From Methanomassiliicoccus sp. UBA6 (lineage in GTDB: Archaea; Thermoplasmatota; Thermoplasmata; Methanomassiliicoccales; Methanomassiliicoccaceae), in the NCBI GenBank assembly GCA_002508545.1, contig DAVH01000062.1, forward strand, positions 559 to 64,558: DNA of 64,000 nt, given 5' to 3'. The position numbers and the translations under genes are program-made. Of the stretch, positions 35,060 through 44,384 are shown one piece after another. The notes below the pieces were generated by a model that was not told the DNA's origin, did not search any database, and saw only the letters and a program-made list of their open reading frames with translations. Every line of letters starts with the position of its first letter. Position 1 is the first letter of the stretch.

Positions 35060-35785
35060 ATGAACTGGCGGCTGGTGGACTCGGACCTCATCGCTCCGGC
35101 GATGGCCTCGGCAGTCGACGAGGCCATTCTCTTGTCCAGGGCCGAGGGCGCCGTTCCCGACACCCTGCACCTGTACCGCCGGAGCTGCCCGACGATCTCC
35201 CTCGGCCACTTCGAGAGGATGGCGGAGTGCGTGGACCTGGAGGCCGCCCGGCGGTCGGGGGTCGCCCTGGTCCGCCGGATGTCCGGGGGAAGCGCGATCT
35301 ACACCGACCCGGACCAGATCGTGTACGCCGTGGTGGTCGGCCAGGGGTCGGTGCCGGAGAGCCCCCAGGAGACCTTCCGACTGCTGTGCCAGGGAGTGAT
35401 CGCCGGCCTCCGGGGGCTGGGCGTTGAGGCGGAGTTCAAGCCGATCAACGACGTCCTGGTCCGCGGACGGAAGATCTCCGGCAGCGCGCAGGTGCGGCGG
35501 CACGGCGTCGTCCTGCAGCACGGCACCCTCATCGTCCGCGCCGATCACGATCGGATGCTCTCGGTGCTCCGCAGCAAGCGCACGAGGGACGAGATGACCT
35601 CCCTGGCCGAGGAGGTCGCGGAGCTTCCTTCGATGTATGATATCAAAGCAGCGCTGGTCGCGGGGTTCGCTTCGGTGCTGGGGGTCGAGATGGTACCCGG
35701 GGCGCTCACTGAAGCGGAGCGGCGTCGGGCCGAGACCCTCGCCCGCGCCACCTACGATGATCCGGCCCACACCCGCCTGTACTGA
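35060..35785 (+). CDS. lplA: lipoate-protein ligase A family (BPL/LPL catalytic domain)
   Basis: LHLYRRSCPTISLGHFE...VRRMSGGSAIYTDPDQIVY...GRKISGSAQVRRHGVVLQHGTLIV. Confidence 0.82.
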   Translation: MNWRLVDSDLIAPAMASAVDEAILLSRAEGAVPDTLHLYRRSCPTISLGHFERMAECVDLEAARRSGVALVRRMSGGSAIYTDPDQIVYAVVVGQGSVPESPQETFRLLCQGVIAGLRGLGVEAEFKPINDVLVRGRKISGSAQVRRHGVVLQHGTLIVRADHDRMLSVLRSKRTRDEMTSLAEEVAELPSMYDIKAALVAGFASVLGVEMVPGALTEAERRRAETLARATYDDPAHTRLY

Positions 35786-35804
35786 CGCATTTCGACCATG
35801 GCCC

Positions 35805-35815
35805 AATTATTAATA
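35805..35815 (+). promoter_or_regulatory. TATA-like box
   Basis: AATTATTAATA lies about 30 nt upstream of the ATG at 35844. This suggests a leaderless transcript. Confidence 0.4.
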
Positions 35816-35843
35816 CTCGCAAATTTTTTTCCTGGCGAGGGGC

Positions 35844-36347
35844 ATGATAGCAGAACCGGGAACGAACGACCAGATACGGCATGTGATCTACAACGTCAAG
35901 GCCAAGAAGGGCATGGCCGGCGCGATCAGGGACTACGACCTACTCTTCATGGACAACGGCATCCTGTTCGCCTGCACCGCCGGGGCGCTCAAGAGCGTCC
36001 TGAAGGCGTCGGTGGGAGCGCAGTTCGGGGCGGTGGGGGCCGCCCTCGCCCAGGGGTCGATGGAGAAGGACAGGCAGAACGGGAGGGGCGGGCTGCAGGG
36101 CCTCACCGCCAAGCAGATCCTGGAGAAGAACGACAAGAGCTTCTACCTGCCGTACATGGACGTTCAGACGGTGAGCCTCAAGAAGGGCCTGACCGGCATC
36201 GGCAAGATGTCGTTCCACCTGCTCGAAGCGCGGTACGACTGCGAGTTCTCCAAGGATCAGATGGACGCGGCCAGGGCGGCCATTGGGTACAAGCTGTCGG
36301 CCAGAATGGATGGCCCGGATCAGATGACCTTGCTGAGGTCCAGATAG
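35844..36347 (+). CDS. hypothetical protein
   Basis: 167-aa ORF with a plausible promoter and normal amino-acid composition. I see no recognisable motif. The 3' end overlaps the convergent GNAT gene by 28 nt. Confidence 0.5.
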   Translation: MIAEPGTNDQIRHVIYNVKAKKGMAGAIRDYDLLFMDNGILFACTAGALKSVLKASVGAQFGAVGAALAQGSMEKDRQNGRGGLQGLTAKQILEKNDKSFYLPYMDVQTVSLKKGLTGIGKMSFHLLEARYDCEFSKDQMDAARAAIGYKLSARMDGPDQMTLLRSR

Positions 36348-36808
36348 GCGGTCTTCCGGTCCTCGGCCACGAACCCCAGCTTCTTGTGCAGCAGGAGGGA
36401 GCTGACGTTGTCCGGGGAGATCGAGGAGTGAATTACCTGCGCGCCGAGCTTCTTCCCTTCCTGGGCCAGGCGCTTGAGGAGCATGTACCCGACGCCCATC
36501 CTCCTGAACTCGGGGTCCACTCCGATGTTCTCCAGCCACACTGCCTTCTCGATGCCGTCGATCCAGGGGACCATCTGGGCGAAGACGAAGCCGACCACGC
36601 GGTCCCCCTCCTTGGCCACGAAGCTCAGCTGGGAGTCGCGGTAGTGCGCGAACGAGCCGCTGGCGGATGCCCCGAGCTTCTGGCGGGTCTCCTGGTCGAA
36701 CTCGTCCCAGCTGCGCTTCATCGGTCCCTCCACGTACTCGCGGATGCATGCCAGCTCGAGCATGCGTACGGACACGCGGTCCTCGTCGGATAGGGGCACG
36801 ATCTTCAT
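36320..36808 (-). CDS. GNAT N-acetyltransferase
   Basis: VVGFVFAQMVP...LENIGVDPEFRRMGVGYMLLKRLAQEGKKLGAQVIHSSISPDNVSSLLLHKKLGF. The ATG at 36808 overlaps the argS stop (TGATG). Confidence 0.85.
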   Translation of the reverse strand: MKIVPLSDEDRVSVRMLELACIREYVEGPMKRSWDEFDQETRQKLGASASGSFAHYRDSQLSFVAKEGDRVVGFVFAQMVPWIDGIEKAVWLENIGVDPEFRRMGVGYMLLKRLAQEGKKLGAQVIHSSISPDNVSSLLLHKKLGFVAEDRKTAYLDLSKVI

Positions 36809-38523
36809 CACATCTCCTCCGGGGCGCTCAGGCCGAGGGTGGTCAGCACGTTCGCCAGGACGATCCGGGTCGCGTTCACGAGCGCCAGGCGGGCATCCCT
36901 GTTCTCCTCGCCCTTGAGCACCGGGACGTACGTGTAGAACTGGTTAAAGGCTGCTGCGACCTCGTGGCCGTAGGCCGGCAGCGCCTGTATGCGCTGCTTC
37001 TCCCCGGCCTCGCGGATGACCGCGGGGTACCGGGCGAGGGCCCGGATGAGCTTGAGCTCGTACTCGTTGGTCAGCACCCCCGGGTCAAAGGACGAGGCAG
37101 CCTGGCCGGCCTTCCGCAGGATGCTGCAGGCGCGGGCGTGGGCGTACTGCACGAAAGGCGCCGAGTTCCCCTCGAAGTTGAGGGCGTCCTCCCACTTGAA
37201 CACCAGGGGCTTCTCCGGCTGCACCCGCGCGATGTTGTACCTGACCGCGCCTCGGCCGATGGCCCTGGCGATCTCGAGCATGCGCTCCTCCGTCAGGTCC
37301 GTCCGCCGCTTGCGCACCTCCTCCAGCGCCCGGGCCTCGGCCTCCTCGATGAGGTCGTCGAGGTACACCACGGTGCCCTTGCGGGTGGACATCCGGCCTT
37401 CGGGCAGGGAGACGAAGGAGTAGAACACGCACTCCGGCGAGCGCTCCTGGCCGAGGAGCTTGAGGGCGATGGCCAGCTGAGCTTGTCCGAGCTTCTGGTC
37501 CTCTCCCAGGATGTTGATGGTGCGGTCCGCCCGGCGGAACTTGTCAAGGTGGTACGCCATGTCCCTGGTGGTGTACAGCGTGGTACCGTCGGCGCGGGTG
37601 AAGAAGAACCGCGTCTCCTTGCCGTGGATGCCGAACGGCTTGAGCTCGAGGTAGCACGCTCCCTGGTCCTCGCCGCAGTGCTCCGAGCGCTTCAGCCGCT
37701 CGACCACGTTGTGCGCGGTGCCGTCCTTGATGAACTCCGATTCCCAGGTGAACTGGTCGATGACCACATTGATCGTGAGCAGGCTCTCGATGATGCCGTC
37801 GAGCATGAGCTTGGCGGTCTTGCGGACCTTGGCCATGACCTCCTCGTCGCCGTCCTCGAAGCGGCGGAGCATCAGCCCCACCTGCCTCGCGACCTCGGGG
37901 TCCTCCTCCATCATCCTGTTCGCCTTCTGGTAATACACCACCAGGCGGTGATCGGCCTTCTCCCTCTCGATGGCCTCCACATCTTCGGCAGGGATGTTCT
38001 CAAGGCCCCAGGTCAGCAGCACCACCTGCTTCCCCACGTCGTTCACGTAGTACTCGGTGGTGACATCGTAGCCGTACGCCCGCATGCACCGGGCCAGCGT
38101 GTCCCCGATGATGGGGTTGCGGGCCCGTCCGACATGTATCGGGCCGGTAGGGTTCACGGAGGTGTGCTCCAGGAGCACCTTGAGCCCGGAGGCGTTGCCG
38201 CGGCCGTAGCTGTCCTTCATCTCCATGATCGCTCCCAGGGTCGCCATGTTGACCTTGCGGTCGTCCAGCCGGAAGTTCAGGTAGCCCTTTTCCGCCCATA
38301 CCCGGGACACCAGGTCCAGCGGCGGGAGCTTGGAGGCGGCCTCCTCGGCGATCGCGGCAGGGGCCTTCCTCAGCACCTTGGCCAGGGGAAAGCAGGGCAC
38401 GGCGAGGTCGGCCGTCCCGGTGGATGGCACCTCGATCTCGAACGGGGTGTCCGCGCCCATCTGCCGGAAGGTCGCGGTGACAGCTTCGCATATCTGCCTC
38501 TCGAACTGCTCCAGGGGATCCAT
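36808..38523 (-). CDS. argS: arginyl-tRNA synthetase
   Basis: MDPLEQFERQICEAV...SVNPTGPIHVGRARN (HIGH-type motif)...MSTRKG (KMSK-type motif), followed by the DALR anticodon-binding C-terminus. The ATG at 38523 overlaps the aRF1 stop (TGATG). The 80 upstream codons in the track are spurious. Confidence 0.92.
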   Translation of the reverse strand: MDPLEQFERQICEAVTATFRQMGADTPFEIEVPSTGTADLAVPCFPLAKVLRKAPAAIAEEAASKLPPLDLVSRVWAEKGYLNFRLDDRKVNMATLGAIMEMKDSYGRGNASGLKVLLEHTSVNPTGPIHVGRARNPIIGDTLARCMRAYGYDVTTEYYVNDVGKQVVLLTWGLENIPAEDVEAIEREKADHRLVVYYQKANRMMEEDPEVARQVGLMLRRFEDGDEEVMAKVRKTAKLMLDGIIESLLTINVVIDQFTWESEFIKDGTAHNVVERLKRSEHCGEDQGACYLELKPFGIHGKETRFFFTRADGTTLYTTRDMAYHLDKFRRADRTINILGEDQKLGQAQLAIALKLLGQERSPECVFYSFVSLPEGRMSTRKGTVVYLDDLIEEAEARALEEVRKRRTDLTEERMLEIARAIGRGAVRYNIARVQPEKPLVFKWEDALNFEGNSAPFVQYAHARACSILRKAGQAASSFDPGVLTNEYELKLIRALARYPAVIREAGEKQRIQALPAYGHEVAAAFNQFYTYVPVLKGEENRDARLALVNATRIVLANVLTTLGLSAPEEM

Positions 38524-39776
38524 CACTGTCCCCCCAGCCCGTACCTGAGGATCGCCGCGATCCCGCCGAACGCCTTCATCAGCATCTCGCCCTCCTCGGA
38601 GTCCACGGAGAGAAGCTCGACCTTCGTCCCGACCTTGGCGGCCTCCTCGTAGAAGTCGTCGACCAGGTCCACGACGGAGTCGATGACCGGGGTGGCCTGC
38701 GGGCACTTGGGGCACCTGGCGTCCTCCTCCCGGTCCACGGTGACCTTCCCGTCCCACCCGCACTGGGCGCAGCGGAGCGCCACCCTTTTCTTCCGCAGCC
38801 CCTCGGAGAGCAGGAGGGTGTCCACCGCGCCCATCTCCAGGGCGTGGCGGACCTGGTCCTCGCCGTAGCTGGCGAGGCCGCCGTCGGATTTCCGGATCTC
38901 CTCCAGGAGCCTCTGCATGAGGTCCTTCTCCCTCATCAGGTCGAGGTTTGCCAGCGAGTCCTTGGCCTTCTCCACCAGCTCCTTGAGGCCGTACTCGTCG
39001 GTGTAGCCGGTATCGAAGGTGTCGATGATCTTCTTCCGCAGCTCGTGGTGGAGGTACTCCTCCTTCACGAAGAACTCCTTGGTCGGGCCCGGCCCGCCGA
39101 TGAGCACCCCCTGCAGGTCCGGCTGGGCCAGGAACGTCTCGTTGGCCACATCTGCGGTCTTCTTGTAGAACTCATGGGCGGCGATCTCGATGAGCCGCTC
39201 GAAACGCAGGGCCGATTGGCCGCCCCTCCCGTGCTTGGACGGGACGAGCGATTGGATGTTCTTGACCGTCATCACCCGCTTTCCCTTGAGGAGGCCGATG
39301 GTCGACTCCGACCGGTCGATCACCAGCAGGCCGAAGGTCTGCTTCTCGTCCAGCATGTCCCACAGCTTCTCGGTGTAGAACTCCGAGTCACAGCGGTACA
39401 GGAACGAGGTGATCGGCTCCGGGGGCTCGAGCACGTACTGCACCTGCTTGGTCTGGTCGCCCGAGGTGGGAGCCTCCCCCACGAAGAAGATGACCCCGTT
39501 CTCCGGCGGGGCCTTGAAGTACTTAAGGCGGGCCAGGATCGACTCGATCGCCCCGGTCACTGCCTTGTTGGTCCTCTTGCTCTTGATGTTCTGTGATTGG
39601 GAATACTCGTTCCGAAGGTAGTTCGCCACATCGGATATCTGCTTGTCTGGCGGCACGTAGACGGAAACGAGCTCGGTGCCGCGGCCGTGAATGTCCTTTA
39701 TCTCTTCCAGGGCTCGCTTGAAATCGTACCGGCGCTTCTCCATCAGCCGTTCTTTGTCGCTCTCGTCAGGAGCCAT
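38523..39776 (-). CDS. prf1: peptide chain release factor aRF1
   Basis: The NIKS motif (SQSQNIKSKRT) and GGQ motif (HGRGGQSALRF) are present. A C-terminal zinc-ribbon-like CAQCG...CPKCP is also present. Confidence 0.93.
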   Translation of the reverse strand: MAPDESDKERLMEKRRYDFKRALEEIKDIHGRGTELVSVYVPPDKQISDVANYLRNEYSQSQNIKSKRTNKAVTGAIESILARLKYFKAPPENGVIFFVGEAPTSGDQTKQVQYVLEPPEPITSFLYRCDSEFYTEKLWDMLDEKQTFGLLVIDRSESTIGLLKGKRVMTVKNIQSLVPSKHGRGGQSALRFERLIEIAAHEFYKKTADVANETFLAQPDLQGVLIGGPGPTKEFFVKEEYLHHELRKKIIDTFDTGYTDEYGLKELVEKAKDSLANLDLMREKDLMQRLLEEIRKSDGGLASYGEDQVRHALEMGAVDTLLLSEGLRKKRVALRCAQCGWDGKVTVDREEDARCPKCPQATPVIDSVVDLVDDFYEEAAKVGTKVELLSVDSEEGEMLMKAFGGIAAILRYGLGGQ

Positions 39777-40162
39777 TGTTTGTTCAACCTACGCTTTTTC
39801 TTCATCAAGGATATTGCTGTAATAAATCTATTGGTCAGCTTCACCTCGCTTGCTGGAAGCCCGTGACCGGGGTGCCCCGGACGAGCAAAGGGGGCGTGTC
39901 GCGGCAGGCCGTCGATGGAATGTCGGCGGTGCGTTGCGCGGCCGGACGATGGGAGATGCGATCCGGACGCGACTCGACTGGCCGGCGCTCGCGCCCTTCT
40001 TGCCCGCAGGCCGCTTTACCGCATGCTTTTTTGAAGGAACCCGGAAGGACCTCACCCGCCCGGGCCAGGAGCATGGAGGTGATATTTATTAATGCAATAG
40101 AAGTATGCGGCTGCGTCCGCGCTTGCGCTAGCGGACCTCGCCACGTTGGAAGAGGGATCTAC

Positions 40163-40846
40163 ATGGAAAAGGTCGTTATCTCACTCGGTGGCTCCATCAT
40201 CATCCCGGGTGACCGGGACGGGGAGTTCCTCCACCGCTTCGCCTCTATGCTCATACCGCTGACCGAGGACCGCGAGATCTTCGTCGTCTGTGGGGGCGGG
40301 CGGATCGCCCGCTACTATATCATCACCGGCCGGGAGCTGGGGGCGGGGGAGGACGCCCTGGACGAGATGGGCATCGAGGTCACCCGCCTCAACGCCCGCC
40401 TCCTGCAGATCGCGCTGGGCGACAGGGCGTACGACGACGTTCCCCGCACCGTCGAGAAGACCGCGGCCCAGGGGCGAAGGGGGCGCGTCGCGGTCATGGG
40501 GGGGACGACCCCGGGGCACACCACCGACGGGGTGTCCGCGGCCCTGGCCGAGAAGGTCGGGGCGTCGCGCATCGTCAACGCCACCTCGGTCGACGGGGTA
40601 TACTCCTCGGACCCCCGCAAGTTCGCCGACAGCGTCAAGTACGAGCGCCTGACCTTCGAGGAGCTGGACGCCATGATGGGCAAGGGAAAGCATGGTGCCG
40701 GCAACTCGCACGTTTTCGATCCCCTGGGGGCGGAGATCGTCAAGCGCTGCCGCATTCCCATCCTGGTGGTGGACGGGCGGGACATCGACGAGATGAGGAA
40801 CGCCATCCTGGGCCAAAGGATCAAGGGAACGATCATCGACGGCTGA
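40163..40846 (+). CDS. pyrH: UMP kinase (archaeal type)
   Basis: MEKVVISLGGSIIIPG...VVCGGGRIARYY...MGGTTPGHTTDGVSAALAE. The ATG at 40163 lies within a longer open frame. Confidence 0.9.
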   Translation: MEKVVISLGGSIIIPGDRDGEFLHRFASMLIPLTEDREIFVVCGGGRIARYYIITGRELGAGEDALDEMGIEVTRLNARLLQIALGDRAYDDVPRTVEKTAAQGRRGRVAVMGGTTPGHTTDGVSAALAEKVGASRIVNATSVDGVYSSDPRKFADSVKYERLTFEELDAMMGKGKHGAGNSHVFDPLGAEIVKRCRIPILVVDGRDIDEMRNAILGQRIKGTIIDG

Positions 40847-40911
40847 GCTTTGGGACAAGCTTCATCTTCCTTCAGAGCATAGTTCGAACCGACAGAAGCA
40901 GGAGGAATCGA

Positions 40912-41424
40912 ATGGCGGACAACGACAAGCAGTGCAAGCGGATCAAGAACCTCAAGGACGAAGTGAGCGCAGGTGATGCGGTGGACGAGATGGGATGCCG
41001 CATGGGCAACTACGTGCCGCACGCGCTGGCGCACATCAAGGAGCACAATCCCGAGCTCGCGGTGATCATCAAGGAGCTCGACCGGGTGCTGGTGGAGGAC
41101 GGCGCGCTGGACCGCAAGACCAAGAGGCTGATCGCCCTGGCCTGCGTGGCGACCCGGATGTGCGAGGACTGCGTCTACCCTCAGGCCCGCGTGGCCGCCA
41201 ACTACGGCGCGACCAAGGAGGAGATCGTGGAGGCGATGCACGTGGCCGTGGTCACCGGCGGCGTGCCCGTGTGGTCGGTGGCCAAGCGCGGCCTCAGCCA
41301 GGTGTTCACCGAGATGGAGGAGGACAAGGCCTCGGGCAAGAAGACCAACCGCCCGGCCATGGGCTCCTGCGGCGGACCTATGTCCGGCGAAGGCAAGGCC
41401 TCCGCAAAGAAGGCCAAGAAGTAA
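40912..41424 (+). CDS. carboxymuconolactone decarboxylase (AhpD-like) family protein with a basic Gly/Lys tail
   Basis: DRKTKRLIALACVATRMCEDCVYPQARVAANYGATKEEIVEAMHVA carries the CxxC of AhpD-like proteins. AGGAGG lies upstream of the ATG. Confidence 0.8.
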   Translation: MADNDKQCKRIKNLKDEVSAGDAVDEMGCRMGNYVPHALAHIKEHNPELAVIIKELDRVLVEDGALDRKTKRLIALACVATRMCEDCVYPQARVAANYGATKEEIVEAMHVAVVTGGVPVWSVAKRGLSQVFTEMEEDKASGKKTNRPAMGSCGGPMSGEGKASAKKAKK

Positions 41425-41445
41425 GCTCTTATCGTTCCGAGGACA

Positions 41446-42279
41446 TCAGACGAGGTCCTCGAGGTCCGAGCTGTCCACCGTATCATAGCCGAGGTCGGCG
41501 ACGACCTTGGCCACCGCGGTGGCCTCGGACCTCTTCATGGATTTTCTGTGTATGTACGCGACCTGGGCGCCGCTGCCCTCCATGCCCCTGCGCACCTTCT
41601 CACCGAGGTTCGCCAGATCGCCGAGGTCGATGGCGTAGTTCGGCAGCATGTGGCCGAAGGAGATCCTCTTGCCCAGAGATGCCTCGGTGAACCGCGGGGC
41701 GTAGTGGCCGCCCCCGATGCCCATGGCCGTCGGGCAGGAGGCGACCTCCACGTTCTGCAGCGCGCGGGCGATGGCGCCGGCAGCGTCGATGCTTCCCCAG
41801 GTCGCCTCGCTGCTCCCGATCTCGATGAACAGGGTGGGCGTCGCCAGGTAGGGGCCGTGGTGAGTGACCTCGAAGGTGATCTCGAAGTCCAGGCCAGCGG
41901 CCTCCTTCTTCAGCTGGCGGAGCAGCGAGGTCATGAGGTGCGGCGCCGCCGGCACCAGCGCTCTCTCCCTTCCCCCGTACTCGGCCGCCCCCCAGTTGCC
42001 GATGGGATGGACGGTCAGGGACCTTTGCCCGGAGGCGGCCTTGTGGCGGGAGAGGAACACGACCTCGCTCGGACGGCGGCCCAGGACCTCCTCGGCCTCC
42101 AGGTCGATGTTGTCGCAGTACAGGTGAAGCCGGGGGACGGTGATCATCGCCATCTCCCCCTTGTAGTGGACCGGGGCACCCTCAAGCTCCCCGCTCCGCG
42201 ACCACCCGCCGGAGCTCAGGAGCGAGTCCCTGATGTTCACGCTGGCGTTGTCCTCCGTGCTGCATACCAACAATCTCAT
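41446..42279 (-). CDS. dtdA: D-aminoacyl-tRNA deacylase, archaeal DTD2 type
   Basis: MRLLVCSTEDNASVNIRD...FLSRHKAASGQRSLTVHPIGNW...FEVTHHGP...FIEIGSSE. The ATG at 42279 is preferred. Confidence 0.85.
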   Translation of the reverse strand: MRLLVCSTEDNASVNIRDSLLSSGGWSRSGELEGAPVHYKGEMAMITVPRLHLYCDNIDLEAEEVLGRRPSEVVFLSRHKAASGQRSLTVHPIGNWGAAEYGGRERALVPAAPHLMTSLLRQLKKEAAGLDFEITFEVTHHGPYLATPTLFIEIGSSEATWGSIDAAGAIARALQNVEVASCPTAMGIGGGHYAPRFTEASLGKRISFGHMLPNYAIDLGDLANLGEKVRRGMEGSGAQVAYIHRKSMKRSEATAVAKVVADLGYDTVDSSDLEDLV

Positions 42280-42439
42280 GGGGACCACTGGACCGCCTTG
42301 CTTCCCTATGTAGATTGTCATTCTCGCTACTCAGAAGGATAAGGCTTAATTCGCCAGAGCCGTTGGGCCCGCCGCCGATCATAAAATAGCAGAAAGGATT
42401 GGCGATGAGGTTCATTGGGTAAGAAGTCAGGAAGTGATT

Positions 42440-43846
42440 ATGATGCCAGGCTCGAACGATAAGTCAGAGACCAGCGCACAGAGGGAGCTTCGTACCCTCC
42501 GCGATTATGTTCACCTATTGGCCGACGCCATCGATAAGTCGCCGATGCCCTTCGTGGCCATATACCCGGACGGACGGACGATGGCGTTCAACGAGGCCTT
42601 CTCCCGGCTGACCGGATACTCCGAGGAGGAGCTCAGGAGCATGCAGTGGGTCATGTACCTCACTCCCCCGGAATGGCATGAGCGGGAGGCCCAGGCCATG
42701 GAGGAGCTGAGAAAGACCGGGCAGCCCCAGACCTATGAGAAGGAGCAGATGAGCAAGGACGGGGGCCGCACCCTGGTGGAGGTCATCCTCGGCCAAACCA
42801 CCGACAAGGACGGCAAGGTGCTGTACTACTACGCGCTCATAAGGGACCGCTCGGAGAAGCAGCGGGCCGATCGCCTGGAGGCAGAGCTCCGGGAGGCCCG
42901 GGAGAGCGGCAGCGGATCTATGGGAACGGCCTTCGAGGGAGCGGTCATCATCCAGAACGGCAAGGTCGCTGCGGCCAACGACCGCTTCGCGGAGATGATC
43001 GGCTACTCGGCGGCCGAACTGGTGGGGATGGACGAGGGCCAGCTGCTGACCGCGAGCCCGCGCGGCATGGTGGCCCAGGCGATCGCCGGGGTATCCGGAG
43101 CGCCCGAGGCGACGATGACCCGGAAGGACGGCTCCACCGTCCCCGTGGAGATGAGCGCCCAGGAGATCCAGTATAAGGGTGCCCCCGCCCGCGCGGTCCG
43201 GGTGTTGGACATAACGGAGCGGATCAAGTTCCAGGAGGACCGGGAGCAGCTCCTCAAGCAGCTGGCCGGTGTCAGCGAAGAGCTGAGCGCCCTCCGGCAG
43301 GTGTCCGCGATCTCGGTCAACGTGGCCCAGCCGGAGTCGGCCATGGAGACATTGCTGCGGAACCTGGCCACCATCGTGCGTGCCGACTCCGGCATGGTGA
43401 TGGTCCGGGAGGGGGATAGGCTGGTATCGCGCTCCATGCATGGCACCGTGGACAAGCTGCCCGCCGGATACTCCGAGGACATCGTGGACGGCTATCTCGG
43501 CAGGGTGGTCAACGGGAACCAGGACGTGTTCGTCGAGGACGTCCAGGCCGACGCGTCGGTCCCCGAGCGGATGAGGGCGGCCGGCGCCCGGAGCCTGATG
43601 GGCGTGCCCATCAGGCACAGCTCCAAGGTCATCGGGGTGCTGCAGGTGGCGTGGTCGCTGCCCCACGCCCGGAGCGACCGGGAGGCGAGGCTCATGGAGA
43701 TCGCGGCCGACCGCTGCGCCTCCGCCATCATGGCCCTCAACATCTCGGAAACCTCCAGGGCCTCTGAGGACATCGGCTCGGTGCTCAGCGAGATCAACAG
43801 CCAGCTCAGCTCGAGCCTCAACCTCGGGATACCCCACGGCCGGTGA
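42440..43846 (+). CDS. PAS-PAS-GAF sensor protein without a recognisable output domain
   Basis: There are two PAS-like blocks (PMPFVAIYPDGRTMAFNEAFSRLTGYSEEEL... and AVIIQNGKVAAANDRFAEMIGYSAAELVG...). A GAF-like block follows (LLRNLATIVRADSGMVMVREGDRLV...LMGVPIRHSSKVIGVLQVAW). There are no H-box or ATPase motifs. Confidence 0.75.
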   Translation: MMPGSNDKSETSAQRELRTLRDYVHLLADAIDKSPMPFVAIYPDGRTMAFNEAFSRLTGYSEEELRSMQWVMYLTPPEWHEREAQAMEELRKTGQPQTYEKEQMSKDGGRTLVEVILGQTTDKDGKVLYYYALIRDRSEKQRADRLEAELREARESGSGSMGTAFEGAVIIQNGKVAAANDRFAEMIGYSAAELVGMDEGQLLTASPRGMVAQAIAGVSGAPEATMTRKDGSTVPVEMSAQEIQYKGAPARAVRVLDITERIKFQEDREQLLKQLAGVSEELSALRQVSAISVNVAQPESAMETLLRNLATIVRADSGMVMVREGDRLVSRSMHGTVDKLPAGYSEDIVDGYLGRVVNGNQDVFVEDVQADASVPERMRAAGARSLMGVPIRHSSKVIGVLQVAWSLPHARSDREARLMEIAADRCASAIMALNISETSRASEDIGSVLSEINSQLSSSLNLGIPHGR

Positions 43847-43925
43847 CCTTCGGTCCCTACAAACCATTTCCGCCCGTTTTTTATTCCCGCTCCTCCCATC
43901 TTTCCGGCGGTGCATCGCTGTGAAG

Positions 43926-44312
43926 ATGGGCAAGGAGGTCATGGAGTTCGTTCGCGGCCACAGGCCGGCATTGCTCGCCACCGTGTCCCCGGAGGGCGTC
44001 CCCAACGTCGCTCCCAAGGGCAGCCTGACCGTGCTGGACGACGAGCGCCTGGTGTACGCCGACCTGGTGGAGGGCCGCACGTCGAGGAACATCAGGGCCA
44101 GGCCGGAGGTGGCGGTGGTGGTGATGGACCGGAATGGGAGAGGTTACCAGATCAAGGGGCGGGGATCGAGGGACACCACCGGGACCGCCTACACCTATCT
44201 GTGCGAGGCGGCGCCAGCGCTTCGGATACCTTTGCCCCCTCCGTCCGCGGTCATGGTGATCGAGGTCGACGAGGTGAGCCCTCTCGGCGCTCCCGTGAAG
44301 GGGCATGGATGA
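43926..44312 (+). CDS. pyridoxamine 5'-phosphate oxidase-like FMN-binding protein
   Basis: ALLATVSPEGVPNVAPKGSLTVLDDERLVYADLVEGRTSRNIRARPEVAVVVMD. Confidence 0.75.
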   Translation: MGKEVMEFVRGHRPALLATVSPEGVPNVAPKGSLTVLDDERLVYADLVEGRTSRNIRARPEVAVVVMDRNGRGYQIKGRGSRDTTGTAYTYLCEAAPALRIPLPPPSAVMVIEVDEVSPLGAPVKGHG

Positions 44313-44352
44313 TTATCAATTATCATTAATGAAATATACAGATAGTTGCATC

Positions 44353-44361
44353 AAATATATA
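44353..44361 (+). promoter_or_regulatory. TATA-like box
   Basis: AAATATATA lies 24-32 nt upstream of the ATG at 44385. This suggests a leaderless transcript. Confidence 0.4.
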
Positions 44362-44384
44362 GAGACCTTGCCGCATGCGCCTGC

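Noticed and set aside
33791-35806. 671-aa minus-strand ORF
   Set aside because: It is an antisense shadow of purP and lplA. It has extreme Arg/Gly/Pro/Leu/His composition, and both sense genes have clear family signatures.
36667-38652. 661-aa plus-strand ORF
   Set aside because: It is an antisense shadow of argS.
42515-44092. 525-aa minus-strand ORF
   Set aside because: It is an antisense shadow of the PAS-PAS-GAF gene and the PNPOx-like gene.
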